A stretch of 64,000 bases of DNA, taken from positions 2,784,001 through 2,848,000 of the forward strand of contig CAVUSO010000001.1 of assembly GCA_963744145.1 (NCBI GenBank). Reading direction: 5' to 3'. The stretch comes from an uncultured cyanobacterium. GTDB lineage: Bacteria; Cyanobacteriota; Cyanobacteriia; Cyanobacteriales; CAWUOF01. The notes under the pieces were generated by a model, which searched no databases, was not told the DNA's origin, and was given only the letters and a program-made list of their open reading frames with translations. Made by a program: the position numbers and the translations under genes. This document shows, piece by piece, positions 58,689 through 64,000 of this stretch (its first letter is position 1; every line of letters starts with the position of its first letter).

Positions 58689-59456
58689 ATGACTTATTGT
58701 CTTGGCATTATTTCTCGTTATGGTTTGGTAATGGCAGGTGACTCTCGCACCAATGCCGGAGTAGATTATATTTCTAGCTACAAGAAAATTTTCGATTTTT
58801 CTTGTCCAAATGAACGGATAATTATCCTATGTACATCGGGAAATCTATCCATCACCCAAGCTGTGATCAATGGTATCCGCAAAGACCTCAAAAATTATGA
58901 GGAGATTAATCTCCATAACATCCACAGTATGTATGAGGTAGCTCGTTATATTGGGGGAAAATGTCGCACCATCCAAGAACAAGACCGTTCCTGGTTAAAA
59001 CAGGATGGTATAGATGTTCACTGTAGCTTTCTAGTTGGGGGTCAAATTAAAGGTGAAGAAACAGAACTTTACTTAGTTTATAGTCAAGGTAATTGTATTC
59101 AAGCCACCAAAGAAACACCTTTTTTACAAATAGGTGAAACTAAATATGGCAAACCGATTTTAGATCGTAGTCTTAATTTCGATACTACTTTAGATACTGC
59201 TGCTAAATGTGCTTTACTTTCCATCGACTCGACCATGAAATCAAATATTTCCGTCGGACCGCCAATTAATCTGATCATGTACGAAACTGACACTTTTAAT
59301 ATCAGATATCATTTACGTCTACGTCTAGGAGATCCCTATTTAGCCAAAATCCGCAAGTGGTGGGAAGCTCATCTAAAAGAAATTTTTGAACAAATGCCTA
59401 ATATTGACTGGGAAAATCGGATTGGTGATGTAGAACAAGATATTTTGATCGATTAA
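58689..59456 (+). CDS. Proteasome-type protease (Anbu)
   Basis: N-terminal MTYC (Ntn Thr), DSRTNAGVD, SGNLSITQ, QIGETKYGKPILDR and DSTMKSNISVGPP. Confidence 0.92.
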   Translation: MTYCLGIISRYGLVMAGDSRTNAGVDYISSYKKIFDFSCPNERIIILCTSGNLSITQAVINGIRKDLKNYEEINLHNIHSMYEVARYIGGKCRTIQEQDRSWLKQDGIDVHCSFLVGGQIKGEETELYLVYSQGNCIQATKETPFLQIGETKYGKPILDRSLNFDTTLDTAAKCALLSIDSTMKSNISVGPPINLIMYETDTFNIRYHLRLRLGDPYLAKIRKWWEAHLKEIFEQMPNIDWENRIGDVEQDILID

Positions 59457-59526
59457 ATTCCCGCCCAACTAAAAATATGCTTTGGTAATTATCCGCTCCT
59501 AGATTAATTACTGATTACCGATAGGA

Positions 59527-60972
59527 TTATTTCTTCAGAGGTTGCTCACTAGGTGAAATTCTCCCTCTCGGTTCAGCCAGTGTCGTCATTAATGGATCAC
59601 CAATAGTCGTAATTTTCCAAGGTGCTGATTCTAGGTGACGAGCTGCTAACAGGAAAGGAAAGTAATCATCCATTCTTTTGGCAATTACATCTGGTGGAAC
59701 GAAAGCATCTAAATAAGGTTCATGGACACTACCAACGTAGAGATATGCACCATTTTCTAACCAACGTCCGGCGATCGTATTAGGATCATCAGGATTAGCA
59801 GCAGAGAAACTATGCAGGAAGTGAATCGCTGCGGGAAAACGAAGTTTAGGAATATCATCTACATGAGCTTGACCATCACCAAGATCAAAGTAATCTTTAC
59901 TCCCCTTAGTGTTAACAAATATCAGATCAAATTTCCATTTTTGAGTGAGTAAACTGCGCCAATTGCTAACTCCTGCTTCTGGACGCTGAATTAAATTAAC
60001 CCTTAAACCTTGTTCGCTAAATAGACTTTCTGCGGTAGTCATTTCATAATTTTGCCATTTACCTTCATGGGGATAGCTATCATAAAGTAGGGCACTTTGA
60101 ACATCAAGAAATATCGAACACATGGCCTGATAAACAGCACGAGCAGTGGTCCCATAAATCCAACCAACTACCGCCCAGCGATCGCCATTTTCGTTACGAG
60201 CTAAACCATCTGTTACGGCTAAATCTTCACGGTGATTAAGAGGATTTTGATACTTAGCTGCTAACTGACCAACAATAGTCACCGTATCAATCGTATCACC
60301 TAGACTGCTGTAAAAATAACCCGTTTTTTCTACTGCCTGTTCTACGGTGGTAGTTAAATTTTGCCATTGTTCTAAATTTAGACTATCATTAGGTAAACCA
60401 AAATGGTCTTTTAACAAAACTAGAGGTTGACCCCAATAAGCGGCCAAAGCCACTGCTGCTGGCCAGCTTGGATCTTTTTCCCAAGTCATGACTACTCCGG
60501 GTGGGTCCCAACCAAGTTTTTGCCATCCTTCTTCGAGTGAGCCGAAATCAGTTGCATCCCAAGCTTTAGCAATAGCAATTCGGAGAGCAGAAAACAAATT
60601 ATCATCAGTAGGCAAAGTTTTTTTCACTGTAGGTAAACGTACTACTTCAGCCGGTTGAAATCGTTCAATAAATATTGGTGTATATACTGGATCGTCAACT
60701 AAAATTGGCCATCTGCCGGCCAGACTCCACCCTTGAATCGCGGCTAAAAAGGTGGCTTCATCGGGAACGATCACGACACGGTTGACCGTGGGAATCCTAG
60801 CACGTAACCCAGCAACACGATGGCCAACTTGACTTGGCCAAGCTTCGAGTTGAGATAATTTTGATAAGGAAAATGGTGATTTGAAATATTCATCTACTGT
60901 TAATAAAGCGCTAAATAGGAGAGAGAGAATCATCACTAACAATATCAATCCAAAAAACCACCGTCTTCCCAT
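59527..60972 (-). CDS. Conserved hypothetical exported/membrane-anchored protein
   Basis: 481-aa ORF with an N-terminal TM/signal; C-terminal GAYLYVGSVHEPYL...IGDPL. Confidence 0.75.
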   Translation of the reverse strand: MGRRWFFGLILLVMILSLLFSALLTVDEYFKSPFSLSKLSQLEAWPSQVGHRVAGLRARIPTVNRVVIVPDEATFLAAIQGWSLAGRWPILVDDPVYTPIFIERFQPAEVVRLPTVKKTLPTDDNLFSALRIAIAKAWDATDFGSLEEGWQKLGWDPPGVVMTWEKDPSWPAAVALAAYWGQPLVLLKDHFGLPNDSLNLEQWQNLTTTVEQAVEKTGYFYSSLGDTIDTVTIVGQLAAKYQNPLNHREDLAVTDGLARNENGDRWAVVGWIYGTTARAVYQAMCSIFLDVQSALLYDSYPHEGKWQNYEMTTAESLFSEQGLRVNLIQRPEAGVSNWRSLLTQKWKFDLIFVNTKGSKDYFDLGDGQAHVDDIPKLRFPAAIHFLHSFSAANPDDPNTIAGRWLENGAYLYVGSVHEPYLDAFVPPDVIAKRMDDYFPFLLAARHLESAPWKITTIGDPLMTTLAEPRGRISPSEQPLKK

Positions 60973-61137
60973 GTCTAGTTCTCAGCTATAGTTAAAGGAA
61001 TAATGATCAGACAAAAGTATATTTGATGACTATTGAACAGGGGGAAGAACTAGGTTTTACCTCAGTCAAGTAAGCGATCGCTTGATCACACAAAAGGCAA
61101 GGCTAAAATAATTAAGCAACTATTTTGCATATCCCTT

Positions 61138-64000
61138 ATGTCCCATCCTTTCCCCTCTGCACAGGAGCATCAGCTCACCAACCACAATCAAAACACAATT
61201 CGGATTCGCGGTGCTAGACAACATAATTTAAAAAATATTGACCTAGAATTGCCCCGGGATCAGCTGATTGTTTTTACTGGTGTTTCCGGTTCTGGTAAAT
61301 CTTCCCTCGCGTTCGATACCATTTTTGCTGAAGGTCAACGTCGCTATGTAGAATCCCTCAGTGCTTATGCTAGACAATTTTTGGGACAACTAGATAAACC
61401 GGATGTGGATACGATTGAGGGGTTAAGTCCAGCGATCGCGATTGACCAAAAATCTACCTCCCATAATCCTCGCTCTACTGTGGGGACAGTGACCGAAATT
61501 TATGATTATCTCCGTTTACTGTTTGGACGAGCTGGTGAACCTCATTGTCCGATTTGCGATCGCTTGATTGCACCTCAAACTATTGATGAAATGTGCGATC
61601 GGCTGATGGAACTTCCTGATGGGACTCGGTTTCAAATTCTTTCTCCTGTGGTTCGGGGGAAAAAGGGTACTCACCAAAAATTACTTTCTTCTCTAGTGAG
61701 TGAAGGTTTTGTTCGGGTGAGAATCAATGGGGAAATTAGACAATTAGCGGATGTAATTGAGTTAGATAAAAATCATACTCATCGGATTGAAATTGTCATT
61801 GATAGACTGATCAAAAAATCCAATCTGCCCGAACGTTTATGTGATTCTCTTACGACTTGTTTACGTCATTCTCAGGGAATCGCTGTGATTGATATTTTGC
61901 CAGATTCAGATCCAGAAAATCAAGAAAAATATAGCACAAAAACGCCACTTGAGTCAACTGATTTAGCACCAGAATTACCAAAAGAATTAATATTTTCAGA
62001 AAATTTTGCCTGTCCAGAACATGGAGCAGTAATGGAAGAATTATCTCCGCGTTTATTTTCCTTTAATTCTCCCTATGGTGCTTGTCTGAACTGTCATGGA
62101 TTAGGAAATTTGCGAACTTTTTCCCCAGATTTAGTAGTACCAGATCCCACCGCACCAGTATACTGTGCGATCGCACCTTGGTCAGAAAAAGATAACTCCT
62201 ATTATATTTCTATTCTTGATAGTCTCGGTCAAGCTTATGGCTTTGATCTTAATACTTCTTGGCAAAAACTAACTCCTGTCCAGCGTCAAGCGATTCTCTA
62301 TGGTGCAGAAAAACCAATTTGGATGGAAGATCGAGATGATTATCGACGTTATGCTGGAGTGATCAATATTTTACAGCGGCAATATGATGAAACTGCGTCA
62401 GAAGTTCAAAAACAAAAATTAGAACCATTTTTAATTGATCAAGCTTGCGAAGTTTGTCAAGGAAAGCGTCTGAAACCATCAGCATTTGCTGTGCGGTTAG
62501 GACAATATAATATTTTGGATCTGACGACAGTTTCAATTAGTGAATGTCGCAAGAGAATTGATAATTTAAAATTAAGCGATCGGCAAATTCAAATCGGGGA
62601 AATGGCTTTCAAAGAAATCCGCGATCGATTACAATTTTTACTTGATGTCGGGTTAGATTACCTGACCCTTGATCGTCCCGCAATGACTCTTTCTGGAGGT
62701 GAAGCACAAAGGATTCGACTAGCAACTCAAATCGGTTCTGGTTTAACAGGAGTATTATACGTTTTAGATGAACCTAGTATTGGTTTACATCAAAAAGATA
62801 ACCAGCGATTACTGAATACTTTAATGAAATTGCGAGATTTAGGTAATACCCTAATCGTCGTCGAACATGATGAAGAAACTATTCGAGCAGCTAACCATAT
62901 TGTTGATATCGGTCCTGGTGCTGGAGTACATGGAGGTGAAATTGTTGCTCAAGGAAATTTAGACAGATTACTAGCTACGGAAAATTCCCTTACAGGTGCT
63001 TACTTATCAAGAAAAATAGTAATTGAAACTCCCTCAACCCGGAGAAATGGTAACGGAAAATACCTATTGCTCAAAAATTGTCATCGTAATAATTTAAAAC
63101 ATATTGATGTCAAAATTCGTCTCGGTACACTTGCTTGTATTACGGGTGTTTCTGGTTCTGGTAAATCTACCTTAATTAATGAGTTACTATACCCAGCTTT
63201 ACAACATCAATTTAGCCGTAAAGTTCCTTTTCCGACCGAAATAGATGGAATTGATGGACTAAATAGTATTGATAAAGCAATTATTATTGATCAATCTCCC
63301 ATCGGTCGTACTCCTCGTTCTAATCCTGCTACTTATACAGGAGTATTTGATATTATCCGTAATATATTTGCTAGTACAATTGAAGCTAAAGCTAGAGGTT
63401 ATAAACAGGGACAATTTTCCTTTAATGTCAAAGGAGGACGCTGTGAAGCTTGTGGTGGACAAGGGGTAAATGTGATTTCCATGAACTTTCTTCCGGATGT
63501 ATATGTTCAGTGTGAAGTTTGTAAAGGCGATCGCTATAATCGAGAAACCCTACAAGTAAAATATAAAGGGAAATCGATTTCTGAAGTTTTGAATATGACA
63601 GTAGAAGAAAGCTTAGAATTTTTTAAAAATATTCCTAGAGCTGCAACCCGATTAGAAACTTTAGTAGATGTGGGGTTAGGATATGTACGTTTAGGACAAA
63701 CTGCACCAACCCTATCCGGAGGTGAAGCACAAAGGGTAAAATTAGCATCGGAATTATCTCGTCGTGCTACCGGAAAGACTCTTTATTTAATTGATGAACC
63801 GACCACAGGGTTATCCTTTTACGATGTACATAAATTGTTGAATGTGTTACAGCGATTAGTAGACAAAGGTAATTCAATTATCATTATTGAGCATAATTTA
63901 GATGTAATTCGTTGTGCTGATTGGGTGGTGGATTTAGGACCAGAAGGTGGAGATCAGGGAGGAGAAGTAATTGCGATCGGCACCCCAGAACAAATCGCCG
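61138..64000 (+). CDS. uvrA: Excinuclease ABC subunit A, runs off the window end
   Basis: Manual translation: IRIRGARQHNLKNID, TGVSGSGKSSLAFDTIFAEGQRRYVESLS, LSGGEAQR twice, and Zn-finger CxxC motifs. Confidence 0.97.
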   Translation, partial: MSHPFPSAQEHQLTNHNQNTIRIRGARQHNLKNIDLELPRDQLIVFTGVSGSGKSSLAFDTIFAEGQRRYVESLSAYARQFLGQLDKPDVDTIEGLSPAIAIDQKSTSHNPRSTVGTVTEIYDYLRLLFGRAGEPHCPICDRLIAPQTIDEMCDRLMELPDGTRFQILSPVVRGKKGTHQKLLSSLVSEGFVRVRINGEIRQLADVIELDKNHTHRIEIVIDRLIKKSNLPERLCDSLTTCLRHSQGIAVIDILPDSDPENQEKYSTKTPLESTDLAPELPKELIFSENFACPEHGAVMEELSPRLFSFNSPYGACLNCHGLGNLRTFSPDLVVPDPTAPVYCAIAPWSEKDNSYYISILDSLGQAYGFDLNTSWQKLTPVQRQAILYGAEKPIWMEDRDDYRRYAGVINILQRQYDETASEVQKQKLEPFLIDQACEVCQGKRLKPSAFAVRLGQYNILDLTTVSISECRKRIDNLKLSDRQIQIGEMAFKEIRDRLQFLLDVGLDYLTLDRPAMTLSGGEAQRIRLATQIGSGLTGVLYVLDEPSIGLHQKDNQRLLNTLMKLRDLGNTLIVVEHDEETIRAANHIVDIGPGAGVHGGEIVAQGNLDRLLATENSLTGAYLSRKIVIETPSTRRNGNGKYLLLKNCHRNNLKHIDVKIRLGTLACITGVSGSGKSTLINELLYPALQHQFSRKVPFPTEIDGIDGLNSIDKAIIIDQSPIGRTPRSNPATYTGVFDIIRNIFASTIEAKARGYKQGQFSFNVKGGRCEACGGQGVNVISMNFLPDVYVQCEVCKGDRYNRETLQVKYKGKSISEVLNMTVEESLEFFKNIPRAATRLETLVDVGLGYVRLGQTAPTLSGGEAQRVKLASELSRRATGKTLYLIDEPTTGLSFYDVHKLLNVLQRLVDKGNSIIIIEHNLDVIRCADWVVDLGPEGGDQGGEVIAIGTPEQIA

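Noticed and set aside
60973..61137. LexA/SOS box upstream of uvrA
   Set aside because: No convincing match to the cyanobacterial GTAC-N4-GTWC-type motif was seen.
63259..63469. Small ORFs inside uvrA
   Set aside because: Alternative-frame or antisense shadows of uvrA.

Overview
AT-rich cyanobacterial DNA, judged from the very frequent HIP1 octamer GCGATCGC and the cyanobacterial gene families present. The flanks are ordinary. On the left are a filamentous-haemagglutinin-type gene running off the edge, a small Zn-ribbon ORF, a MAPEG gene and rlmN. On the right are a hybrid Ser/Thr-His kinase with a diguanylate cyclase, a peptide ABC transporter, Uma2, cobU, an Anbu protease and uvrA running off the edge. 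Between about 3.9 and 46 kb lies a ~42-kb accessory/defence hotspot. It contains TA modules, two broken IS elements, MITEs and REP-like hairpins, many gene remnants with breakpoints at HIP1 sites, an ssuA + DUF3604-like cassette and an IetAS-type ATPase/subtilase pair. It also has two paralogous sigma-like/(DUF1822)/TPR-CHAT caspase-like modules whose 46-aa repeats are near-identical except at a few hypervariable positions, and a compact five-gene BREX-related operon (DUF4007, small degenerate ATPase, BrxC-like, PglZ, BrxL) with no methyltransferase or PAPS-reductase gene. The BREX-like operon and the sigma/DUF1822/TPR-CHAT modules are the best candidates for undescribed systems. All family assignments come from motif recognition by eye, not from database searches.
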